Assembly (NCBI GenBank): GCA_030390025.1
Contig: CM059449.1
Location: 15,128,001 to 15,192,000 of the forward strand
Source: Squalus acanthias
Taxonomy: Eukaryota
Length of the DNA: 64,000 nucleotides
Direction of reading: 5' to 3'
Below, in pieces: positions 37,828 through 48,897 of this stretch (its first letter is position 1; every line of letters starts with the position of its first letter). A program made the translations under genes and the position numbers. Below the pieces are notes generated by a model. That model ran no database searches. It was not told the origin of the DNA and saw only the letters and a list, made by a program, of their open reading frames with translations.

Positions 37828-38632
37828 TGGCAGATGACATTTAACGCAGGAAAGTGCGAAGTGATACATTTTGGTGGGAAGAACGAGAAGAGGCAATATA
37901 AACTGAAGGTTACGATCCTAAAGTGGGTGCCTGAACAGTGAGACCTGGGGGTATATGTGCACAAATCATTGTAGGTGGCAGGGCAGGTTGACAAAGCGGT
38001 TAACAAAGAATGCAGGATACTGGGCTTCATAAATAGAGGCATAGAGTACGAAAGCAAGGCAGTTATGATGAACCTTTATAAAACACTGGTTCGGCCTCAA
38101 CTGCAGTATTGTGTCCAGTTCTGGGCACCGCACTTTAGGAATGATGTGAAGGCCTCAGAGAGGGTGAGGAAAAGATTTACGGACTTGGTTCGGGGATGAG
38201 GAACTTCAGTTACGTGGATAGACTGGAGAAGTCGGAGTTGTTCTCCTTCGAGCAGAGAAGGTTGAGAAAAGATCTGATGGAGGTGTTCAAAATCATGAGG
38301 GGTCTAGACAGAGTAGATAGAAAGAAACTGTAACCATTGGCGGAAGGGTTGTGAACTAGTGGACACAGATTGGCAAAAGAGCCAAAGGCGAAATGAGAAA
38401 ACCCTTTTTTCGCAGCGAGTGGTTAGTACCTGGAATGCACTGCCTGAAAGTGTGGTGAAGGCATATTCAATCGTGGCTTTCAGAAGGGAGTTGGATAAGT
38501 ACCTGAAGGAAAAAATGCAGGGCTACGGGGAAAGGGCGGGGGAGTGGGACCGGCTGAAGTGCTCTTGCAAAGAGCCGGCACAGGCTCGACGGGCCAAATG
38601 GCCTCCTTCTGTGCTGTAACCATTCTATGATT
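37828..38632 (+). mobile_element. CR1 LINE 3' fragment
   Basis: ORFs 37975-38199 and 38359-38619. Confidence 0.82.
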
Positions 38633-38696
38633 CCATACTGGTCCGTAAATCTGTAGGTCACTATTGACAGATTGCATTGTTCCATTTATACTCTAG

Positions 38697-39035
38697 ACAG
38701 TGGGTTGACGAGTGGAATCAGAGTGTTCCAGTCCCCAGATGCCATCAATGTAACAGAAGGAGGATCGGTGCAGCTGAACTGCACTTTTGAAGCGATTGGT
38801 TCTGTTGGACATGTTGTTTGGAGGCGGGCCACAGAAAACATGGTAGTGTCGGTTCGGAATCCTTTCTATCAGAGCCGGATAACGAAGTCAGGGCCGAAAT
38901 TATTTACCGAAAGAATGGCTTTCCTTGAAATCATCAATTTACTGACAATGGACTCAGATTTTTACTACTGCGAGGTGGAATTTGCGGCGGTTGGGAAAGC
39001 AAGCGGGACAGGAACACAACTTATAATAACTGACA
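38697..39035 (+). CDS. NCR3-like: B2 VJ-type Ig V-domain exon
   Basis: ctctag| ... |gtgagt; encodes DSGLTSGIRVFQSPDAINVTEGGSVQLNCTFEAIGSVGHVVW...YQSRI...DSDFYYCEVEFAAVGKASGTGTQLIITD; intact frame. Confidence 0.9.
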
Positions 39036-40699
39036 GTGAGTAGAAAAGATCAGAGTTCGTTTTAAGAATTTACCAATATTTTGACATTGGTATGGCTGTA
39101 CCTGTGCTATGATATGAGATTTCAGTTCGGTTTTGTGAATTGTGTCTGTGTGTCAATATCACTTTCAAAGTACATCGGGCACAATTGGTCGACAATTAAT
39201 ATCCTGAAAGTGCCATATATCTGACTTGAATCTGACTATTCAAGGCGCGGTGCTTTAGGAATAGGAATACACGAGCTTCAGGTTACTCCCCCACCCACCA
39301 CCCCACCATCTTAAAGGGAGGGTTATCTCAAAATAGTACTTCGCATTATCCCTTCATTTTCTTGCTTGGCACCTAACATGTCGCTGTTAAGGCAGCTATG
39401 TTCGTCCCTTTTTACAAAGCTAATGAGTCCGAGCTTTTCTAGACTTTTGTTTCTCTCATAACCTAGCACTAGAACACGAGGGAACAGGCTAGCGTTCACT
39501 CCACCTCCGGGACTTGCATGTCTCCCTTGAGCTGAGTGACCAGAAACATAATACTCAAGATGCCATCTGACTAGAGCACCGTATGATTGGATCCCCACAC
39601 ATATAAAAGGAAACATGCCTTCTATATTTTTGATTCGTCTTGGGATGTGGGCGTCGCTGGCAAGGCCAGCATTTATTGTCCATCCCTAGCTGCCCTTGAG
39701 ATGGTGGTGGTGAGCCACCTTCTTGAACCGCTGCAGTCCGTGTGGTGAAGGCACTCCCACAGTGCTGTTAGGGAGGGAGTTCCAGGATTTTGACTCAGCG
39801 ACGATGAAGGATCGGCGTCATACTTCCAAGTCAGGATGTTGTGTGACTTGGAGGGGAACTTGGAGGTGGTGGTGTTCCCATGCGCCTGCTGCCCTTGTCC
39901 TTCTAGGTGGAAGAGGTCGCGGGTTTGGAAGCTGCTGCTGACGAAGCCTTGGCGAGTTTAATGAAAAAGGCTTCAGGTAGAATTTACTGTTTTCGATATA
40001 AGCCTTTACTTTCTACAGGTTAGCGTCTTGGTTAAAATGAAGGGTATGTGGAACGCTAGTATTTCAAGAAATAATTATAGTTTTTTTCAGTTTCCACGGG
40101 GATGCAGTACCTTAGATTACATATAAAATAGGAAACGGCCTTTCTTTAAAGTATAGAACGCCACTGGAATGTTATTTCAGTTTTCATATCCTATAACTGA
40201 TCAACCCAAATTTAATTATTAAATTGCGAACTAGTGGTCTTCGTTATGTAGATTTCTGAATCACATCGATTGGGGGGCGGGGCGTGGGGCGGCGGCGGCG
40301 GGGTGATCGCCTGTTATACACTCTGCCCAGTATTGCGTCCAATTGCCTAAAAATTAAATTGAATATTGGGCGCACCAAAGCCAAATACTGCGGCTGCTGG
40401 AAATCTGAAATAAGAAACAGAAAATGCTGGAAAATACTCAGCAGGTCAGGCAGCATCTGTGGAGACTGAGAAACAGAGTTAATGTTTCAATTTTCTGACA
40501 GAAGGTCATCGACCCGAAAAGGAAACTGTTTTTCTCTCTCGCCCTGCAGATGCTGCCTGACCTGCTGCGTGTTTCCAGCATTTTCTGCTTCTAATATTGA
40601 ATATTGGGCATGTTGTATCGCGGTCGGCCAATATGATTCTGTCTGCCTTGCGTGCCTGTCCATGTCCAATTTCACCCCTACAACAACACAAAAGCCAAA

Positions 40700-41040
40700 G
40701 AATGCGGATGCTGGAAATCTGAAATAAGAAACAGAACATGCTGGAAATACTCAGCAGGTCAGGCAGCGTCTGTGGAGAGGGAAACAGAGTTAACGTTTCA
40801 GGTCGATGACCCTTCGTCAGAACTGGAAAAAGTTGGAGATGGAACAGGTTTTTAAGCAAGTGTAGGGCCAGGGAAAGCGGGGAGGGGAGGAAAGAACGAA
40901 AGGGAAGGTCTGTGACAGGATGGAAGGCAGGAGAGATTAAAGAGACAAAAGGGATGATGGTGCAAGGCAAAAGGAGATGGTAATGGGACAAGTTAAGAAA
41001 CAAAAGATGACTCTAGATGAAGTGTAAATGGCAATGGCAG
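40700..41040 (-). mobile_element. Penelope-like element terminal fragment (copies at ~1-140, ~18255-18590, ~28635-28940 and ~53511-53775)
   Basis: Repeated gatgctggaaat..ctcagcaggtcaggcagcatctgtggagagagaaacagagttaacgtttcagg block that contains a hammerhead core. Confidence 0.6.
40788..40824 (-). ncRNA. Minimal type I hammerhead ribozyme motif
   Basis: Minus strand AGUU-CUGACGA-AGGGUCAUCGACCU-GAAA-CGUU-AACU: both conserved cores, stem II, palindromic ACGU stem III and a 4-bp stem I. Confidence 0.7.
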
Positions 41041-41132
41041 AATGATCGACCATCCCACCATTTTCTTACATTATCTTTCACTTTAACCAAGGGCCACCAT
41101 ACTGACTATATTATTGTTTCTGTTTCTAACAG

Positions 41133-41254
41133 GAGCTGGAGTCGAGCCTATCTGCCATTTCCCCACGCTCAGCGTTGGATTACAAGTGACAAAAACGGTG
41201 CTGCTGATCATTCTCATAATCACAGGCCTGACGACGTACCTCTGTCCCACGTAG
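41133..41254 (+). CDS. NCR3-like: B2 stalk/TM terminal exon with TM lysine (activating type)
   Basis: Encodes RAGVEPICHFPTLSVGLQVTKTVLLIILIITGLTTYLCPT*; total B2 CDS is 519 nt (172 aa). A weak donor (ac|gtaggg) overlapping the stop cannot be excluded. Confidence 0.82.
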
Positions 41255-41624
41255 GGGAAAATAGACTTTGATTTATAACAAGATACATCTGCAATCGCTG
41301 TTGGAAAAGATGTCGAAAGTCGATGTGAATTTTATCAGGAAGTTCTTTAAGATGCCCATGGTCGATATATTTTTGTTGCAGCATTGCATCGATGTGGATT
41401 AAAGCATGGGCGAGGATAGATATCGTTTTTATTACAAAACATTTGAATTAAAGTTACTGCACCGCCAACAGAATAACTAGCAGATGCTATTCTGTTGGAG
41501 AGACCTGTTTATTTTTTTCAAAATAACAAATGCATAGATTTTTCTAACTGTCATGGTTGATATAAAATGATCAGTTTGTGCATGATCTTTAATGTGACCG
41601 CACATGTTCTTTTACCGCATGAAA

Positions 41625-42130
41625 CTCGGCTGCCCGTGTCCTAACTCGCACCGAGTCCCGTTCGCACATCTCCCCTGTGCTCGCTGACCGACATTGGCTC
41701 CCAGTTAAGCAACGCCTCGATTTCAAAATTTTCATTCTTTCTTTCAAATCCCTCCGTGGCCTCGCACCCTCCCGATTGCTGTAATCTTCTTCAGCCCCAC
41801 AACCCCCCCGAGATATCTGCGCTCCTCTAATTCTGCCCTCTTGAGCATTCCTGATTATAATCACTCAACCATTGGTGGCCGTGCCTTCTGTTGCCTAGGC
41901 CCTAAGCTCTGGAATTCCCTGCCTAAACCTCTCTGCCTCGCTACCTCTCTTTCCTCCTTTAAGACGCCCCTTAAAACTCTTTGAACAAGCTTTTGGACAT
42001 CTGCCCTAATTTCTCCCTATATGGCTCGGTGTCAATTTGTTTTTTCTTATAACACTCCTGTGAAGCACCTTGGGACGTTTTACTACGTTAAAGGTGCTAT
42101 ATAAATATAAGTTGTTGTTGTTGTTGTTGA
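41625..42130 (+). mobile_element. L2-clade LINE 3' end (paralog at ~53985-54400)
   Basis: HISPVLADRHWLPVKQRLDFKI motif, AFCCLGPKLWNSLP, and a (TTG)n tail. Confidence 0.75.
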
Positions 42131-45100
42131 ATCCTTTAAATGCCATTTTAACAGCAGTCTTGTGCTGGTCAGGAGTCTTGATTACTCATCCTGTGACTCG
42201 AAAGAAGATCCACTTCCACTGCCTAAGGATGAACTATCTGTTGATAAATTACAATTGTCAAAGTCTCCAGAAGATGTCCTTGGCTGCTTATGTGGTAGAA
42301 CTCAACTGACTTTACAAAAGCGACATTCTTATAATGTATTACTTCAACATGATATTTTTATGCTATTATAAATGTCTACTGGGACTGCTTTTGTTAATTT
42401 TGCTAAGTATTATGAAAGGTTTTGCTGTCTTTAATTCAATAGTGCTCGACATGGGACTAACCTCCATACTTGCTTGCAATGGCTTTAACTGAATGCTGTA
42501 CACGATCTATTCAAAATGCATGAATGCTTACGATGTGCTTTTTTATTGGCCCCTTTATGCGAGACTTTCTGATATAATGTGCCGTATCTACACCATGTAT
42601 GAAAGGGCTCTTAGAATTTTTATCCTCGATTAAAGTGAACGCTTTCTTTCTCGTGTTGAATCCAAATTGGTCATTACTTGCTGGGATCAGTAGAAGTCCC
42701 ATCCTCAGCTTGTCAACAACAACTTTCGTGCACCCCAGTGCTTCCTGTAGGGGATTCTAGGAGTAGGGGGCAGAGTCTAAAAATTAGAGCCAGACCTTTC
42801 AAGAGTGAAATTAGGAAACACTTCTACACACAAAGTGTGGTACACCTTTGGATCTCTCTTCCGCAGACAGCAATTGATGGCAGATCAATTGTTAATTTTA
42901 AATCCGAGATTGATAGATTTCTGTTAACTAAAGGTATTAAGGGATATTGGGTCAAAAGTTGGGAAAAGGGAGAATGGCCGGAAGAGAGAGAGAGAGCGGG
43001 AAAAAGTGAGGCTGTGATTGGAGGAGCAGCGAGTACCAGGGGAGGGTGTGTGTGAAACTCAACAGCACGTGACAAGAAGGGGGAGGAGCCTCGAAGAGAC
43101 CGCAGTGCCCCGGGAAAGACCGGCTTTGGAAAGTTGGAGTGCTGCAAATTCATCAGTCGAGGTTTGGGGAGGGAGTTGGGGGGTGGGGTGCGCTCGGGAA
43201 AATCCCCATTAGCCAGTCGGAGTCTGAGGGAAACTTTGCGGGACGGATGAAACTGGTGGAACGGGGTATGTGGGACTATAAATACACACGAATACCTCCA
43301 ACAGCAATTTCCAGGCCTAAAGTGAACGTAATGTGCCTGATGCCACTGCTTCTGATCTGTGATGTGCACCTACATCTGCACTCAGATTGTGCTGCTAAAG
43401 GTATCCCATTCGTTAAGTTATTCACCTATACAGAATGTCACATGCACGAAAGGCCGAACGCCCTCCCTCTGTGCTATATCATTGAATAGAAGGAACTCAT
43501 GGAATGGTGGAGGTGTTGATGTCCAGGTGTCCAACTAAGTTCCTGGCAGGCGTTGTGCAGGACAGGGTCAATGAGAGCAAGTGCAGCCATTGGAATAAAA
43601 AGTTGAAATCCGCTCTAATTTCCTTGGCCCAGGGCTGAAACCAGTCACAGATGATAGACAGCTCTTTCTACTGGATGTGAGGTCCCCTTGAATAATGCTG
43701 AACATAATAAGAAATAGGAGCAGGAGTAGGACATTTGGTCCTTCGAGCATGCTCCGCCATTCAATAAGATCATGGCTGATCTTCTACCTCATTTCCACTT
43801 TCCTGCACTATCCCCATATCCCTTGTTTCCCTTAATATTCAAAAATCTATCGATCTCTGTCTTGAATATACTCAACGACTGAGCCTCCACAGCCCTCTGG
43901 GGTAGAGAATTCCAAAGATTCACCACCCTCTGAGTGAAGATATTTCTCCTCATCTCAGTCCTAAATGGCCGACCCCTTATTCTGAGACTGTGAACTGGTT
44001 CTAGACTCCCCAGCCAGGGGAAACATCCTCTCCGCATCTACACTGTCAATTCCTGTAAGAATGTTGTATGTCTCAATGTGATCACCTCTCATTCTTCTAA
44101 ACTCTAGAGAATATAGGTCTAGTCTACTCAATCTGTCTTCATAGGACAATCCCCCCATCCCAGGAACCAGTCTGGTGAAACTTCGTTGCACTCCCTCTAT
44201 GGCAAGTTTATCCTTCCTTAGGTAAGGAGACCAAACTGTACACAATTCTCCAGGTGCGGTCTCACCAGGGCCCTATACAATTGCATTAGGACGTCTTTAC
44301 TCTTATACTCAAATCCTCTTGTAATAAAGGCCAACAGTAAATTCCCAGTTTCTAATGGATGTTGTTCCACAGCACAAATTTTCAGCGTTGATTGTCACAT
44401 AAGTGGAAATCTCAACCAATCGGTAAAGCCCTTAGTTCTGGGGCAGAAGTTTGCGGCTCAAGGCCCACTCCAGGAGTTGAGCACGTAAAGTAGGCGAATG
44501 TCCACTGCAACACTGAGGGAGTCTGGGAGTTAAGCCTGGGAGGAGCAAAAGGGAACGTTTGGCTGGGAACGTGGCACTGCAGTAACGGAAGGCGCTGGAT
44601 TCTCCTTTCATCAAAATCATTGGAAGGAAATTTCAGCGTTGGAACCTTCCCATGAGATTTTCCTCCATGCTGTGCCCCGGCGATGCTGAATGCTAGACAG
44701 TGAAGACAAAAACTCTACCCGCATCTGTCGGGAAGTAGTTATGTGTGCCGAGCTATGAAACGTCCTGCCAAGTAATCATTTCTCGGGGAGGTGGTTCTGC
44801 CGATCTCCTGCCGTGGCTTCGCTGGAAGTTCGGCAGAACTCCGCTTTAGCTATTATGCACTTCTTCTGAATTCCGCCGAGCTTCCGCCAACGTTACCACA
44901 GGGGATGGGAGAACCCCGCAGAAGTCACCCCGCCCCCCTTGAGTTTAACATAAAACATTCATTTTAATAAAAGGTACAACGGAAAATCAACAGAACAACC
45001 TGACATGGGTCAACTGAGAAGAACTTTTATTACGAAAATATCAAATACTCTATAGGATTATGATGAAATGTAAGGAGTTATGTGATGAAACTAGGCTGAG

Positions 45101-45515
45101 TGAATAGTAACGAGTATGAATGCTCAACATGTTGGTTTTCATTTTAACAGCGGTATGAACCTGCATATCTTCGAGGATAACACGCCCCTTAAAATAGGGG
45201 ACTAATACATTTCATACAAATGTGATAAATGTTCACAACTAACACTAAAGAGTCTAATGTTAAAGCATTTGAGATTCCAAGCCCTTGTTACTGAATTATG
45301 TGTGGATAAACCTCACTCACTAAGTTAGAGGACAAAACATTCGCCTGGAAATTCCCATGGAGGCTTCTCCGATCATCCGCCGTTGAAGATGCCACAGAAC
45401 CCCCGAGCTTCCGCCCAAGTTACGGCGGGAGATCGGGACTGCTCTGCGGAAATTCCACCAGTTGTCCATCGGGGCAGGGGCGTCTCATCATTGGGGTGAA
45501 ATGTATCGGCTCCGC

Positions 45516-48500
45516 TTACTTCACCGAAGCGTACAGCACCGCTTCTCGCTTCACAGGGCGCTCAGTTTGATTGCTGTCCTGCAGATTCAGCGTGGCGTAT
45601 TGCAACTTGCCATCTCCCTCTCTCTATTGAGATGAAAGGGTTTCAGTGTTGAATAAAATATTGTAAACTGAATATAGCGTAGGGCCTCAAACCCAGCGCA
45701 CCAGATGTTGTGCAGTTTCAATGGAATATAATTCAACCCAGTAAACATTCTACATATAATTAGAATATGACTCCACCTATCAAATATTGTTTCCTTAAAT
45801 AGGATATATCGCGCCGTCCTAAATATTCCTGTCCTTTTGAATATATTTCAGCGAGTCAACGATTGCACGATTTAAGTAACAAGCAAGGGAAACAGTCGAT
45901 CTAATTAACACATCATTCTAATGTTAAAATCCATGCATTTAGAACAATTCACACTTAATGAATTCAGGAGCAGTGGGTCAGTCAGCATCTGGGAAAGACA
46001 GATTAACATTTGGGAATAACTGTTCAGGAGCACTTTCCGTTGAAGGCAAAGTGCCAGCCGGTTACCCTGTGTTGTCTCTTCCAGGTTCTGACTGACCTAC
46101 TTTGCATATCCAGCATTTTCTTTTACGGCTTCAGATTTCCAGTTTTCCTCCTTATCTCGACTTGTCAAAGTAGGTGTATTTTTGCCTGTGTGCGTGTATA
46201 TGCCTGGGTGCCCCTATTTTGGGGTCTATTTTAATGTTCCTGTGTGTATCTCGTGCTTTGTTTGAACGTTAGTGGGATGTGGGCGTCGCTGGCAAGGCCA
46301 GCATTTATTGCCCATCCCTAGTTGCCCTTGAGAAGGTGATGGTGAGCCGCCTTCTTGAACCGCTGCAGTCAACGTACTCCCACATTGTTTTTCATAGCGG
46401 CTTTTTACAACTGAGTGGCCATTTTAGAGGACAGTTGAGAGTCAACCACATTGCTATCGGTCTGGAGTCACATATAGGCCAGACCAGGTAAGGACGGCAG
46501 ATTTCCTTCCCTGAGGGGCATTAGTGAACAAGATGGGTTTTTACAACAATCCCATTGCTTCATGTCACCATTACTGATACTAGCGTTTTATTCCAGATTT
46601 ATTTAATTACATTTATATTCTCCAGTTGCTGTGGTGGGGCTTAAACTCAGGTCGCACGGATCATTAGTCCAGGTCTAGATGGATTACTAGTCCAGTAACA
46701 TAACCACTATGCTACTGTTCCCTATATAGGCTTGTACATGCACCTGCGTATTTGTGTGTGGCTATATGTATTTGCGAGTGTCTGTGAGAGTGTGTCTTTC
46801 TGAGTGTGCAGGTGTTTGAATCCTGGGACTGTAAGATTTCATTTCATGCCTTTCCTGGTTGGCTTTCTGTTGAATTATAACTAATATTCTAGTCCCGGCT
46901 CTATTGAATTTCTATTTTCAACTTGCCGCGCCTGTGCGTAAAACTGGCGTTTGGGATGGGCCGCACCTGTGCTTCACGCTTTTGTGGCAAGTTGAGAATC
47001 TACCCCACATCTTCAAGAAGAAAAGTTGAGGCCGTCCAACCTCGTTTCGTCTTTAGATTTTTACATCCAACTGAGAGAACTTTTTACATGATAATCAACC
47101 TGGAAAAGTAAGCAGTAGGTTTAAAAATAACAAAAATAGCCCAAGTCATTGTGCTACATACCCGATTTGTTCTTCGGCACTCAGAGCTGTCATAATTCCT
47201 CTCTATAAAGCATAGAAAAAAGAAAAAAGAAAGACTTGCATTCATATAGCGCCTTTCACCACCTCAGGATGTCCCAAAGCGCATCACAGCCAATGAAGTA
47301 CTTTTTAAATTGTAGTCGCTGTTGTAATGTAGGAAACGCGGCAGCCAAGTTACGCACAGCAAGCTCCCACAAACGGCAATCTGACAATAGCCAGATAATC
47401 TGTTTCAGTGATGTTAATTGAGGAATAAACATTGGCCGGAACACCGGGGAGAACTCCCCTGCTCTTCTTCAAAATAGTACCAAGTGATCTTTTACATCCA
47501 GCTGAGAGAGCAGACTGGGCCTCGGTCTACTGTCTCATCCAAAAGACGGCACCTCCGACAGTGCAACGCTCCCTCAGTACTGCACTGGGAGTGTCAGATT
47601 AGATTTTTGTGCTCAAGTCTCTGGAGCGGGATTTGAAACCCACAACCTTCAATGTTTCAGAGGCGAGGGTGCTACCAACTGAGCCGCAGGAAATGACCCT
47701 GAATAATTTAATTTACTTGAACAGTGTATATAATACAATACAACATATTGTGCCATAGATATAGCGCTCTAATGCACTGTGGTATAATGCTATAGGATAC
47801 AATATAACATGGTAGAAAACAGGAGAACGCAATAAAATTAAAATATACAGTAGGATGTACCGTATTGCACAACAATAAAACGATACAATTCGTATGGTCC
47901 AACATATAATACACTACCGTGCAATATAAAACAGCCTAAGGTTTTTCTGTACGATATAAACGGTATTCATACCAGATTCCTAGGCCCACTATTTCAACTG
48001 TTTACTTTAAACTAATGGGAAAAGCAATTAGATATGAGCGCGCCAAGCACTCGTTCGAGAATAGGGTGATATCCAGGCGAATCTACTATAATATATGATA
48101 TATAATACATCATAACATTGAAACGTACTTTTAAATATCATGTAATAATTCATCACAAAAAAATCAGCGTGTGGTAAGAAAATATTTTAAAATATTATAT
48201 TATCCATAAACCTTAACACTTCAGTTGACTTTGTGGCCAAGACGTCTAACATGTGTCACTCAATAGCGGTTCTGGAAGCAAGAGCTATTGAATCATAGAG
48301 TCATACCGCACAGAAGGAGGCCATTCGGCCCAACGTGCCTGTGCCGGCTCTCTGAAAGAGCAGTAATTAGTCCCACTCCCCCCTGCTCTTTCCCCATAGC
48401 CCTGAAACATTTCCCTTTTTAAGTATTTATCCAATTCCCTTTTGAAAGGTATTATTGAATCTGCTTCCACCGCCCTTTCAGGCAGTGTATTCCAGATCAC

Positions 48501-48897
48501 CAGAACAGGCTGCGTAAAAAAAAATTCTCCTCATCGCCCCTCGACTTTTTTTTGCCAGTATCTTAAATCTGTGTCCTCTGGTTACCGACAAAATAATCAG
48601 ACAGAACAATACTGAACTCCTGGTCAACGGATTATACCTGATAGACAAGAAAATTAATCAGATTATCAATTAAAATGAAATTAAATCGAAGGAGTAAGCG
48701 TTCGGAGTTTATTAAAAGGGACAGATTGCTCACGTTTCTTTCTGTCACCCACCTATTTCATGGATCACTGCGTAGAGCGGATCTGGACTGAAGCAAAAGA
48801 GGACATCAGAAAATTTAGACATCCAAAACAATAAATCCGTTAAAGAAAAGAAGTGTCTTTCTTTATATGAAAAATAGATCTACGTAAAGTTACCTGG
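45516..48897 (-). pseudogene. A2: 5'-truncated inhibitory receptor; only cytoplasmic exons remain (48753-48787, 47162-47202, 45516-45623)
   Basis: Exons SPDPLYAVIHEI / ERNYDSSECRRTNR / REGDGKLQYATLNLQDSNQTERPVKREAVLYASVK* have intact splice sites. Homology to A1 breaks inside micro-exon 1 at ~48897. No TM, V or leader was found upstream. Confidence 0.8.

Larger units (their letters stand above)
35141..48897. repeat. Cassette copy 2
   Basis: Matches ~9975-26248. Confidence 0.85.

Noticed and set aside
297-39035. Rearranging Ig/TCR V segments
   Set aside because: Each V exon already includes the J-like GxGT strand and ends in a splice donor. No heptamer-spacer-nonamer RSS follows any V, and no C domain exon was found.
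43139-43489. Repeated ~110-aa ORF (also 56183-56512)
   Set aside because: No recognisable domain, and the copy near 19900-20150 has an in-frame stop; likely intergenic or 3'UTR sequence
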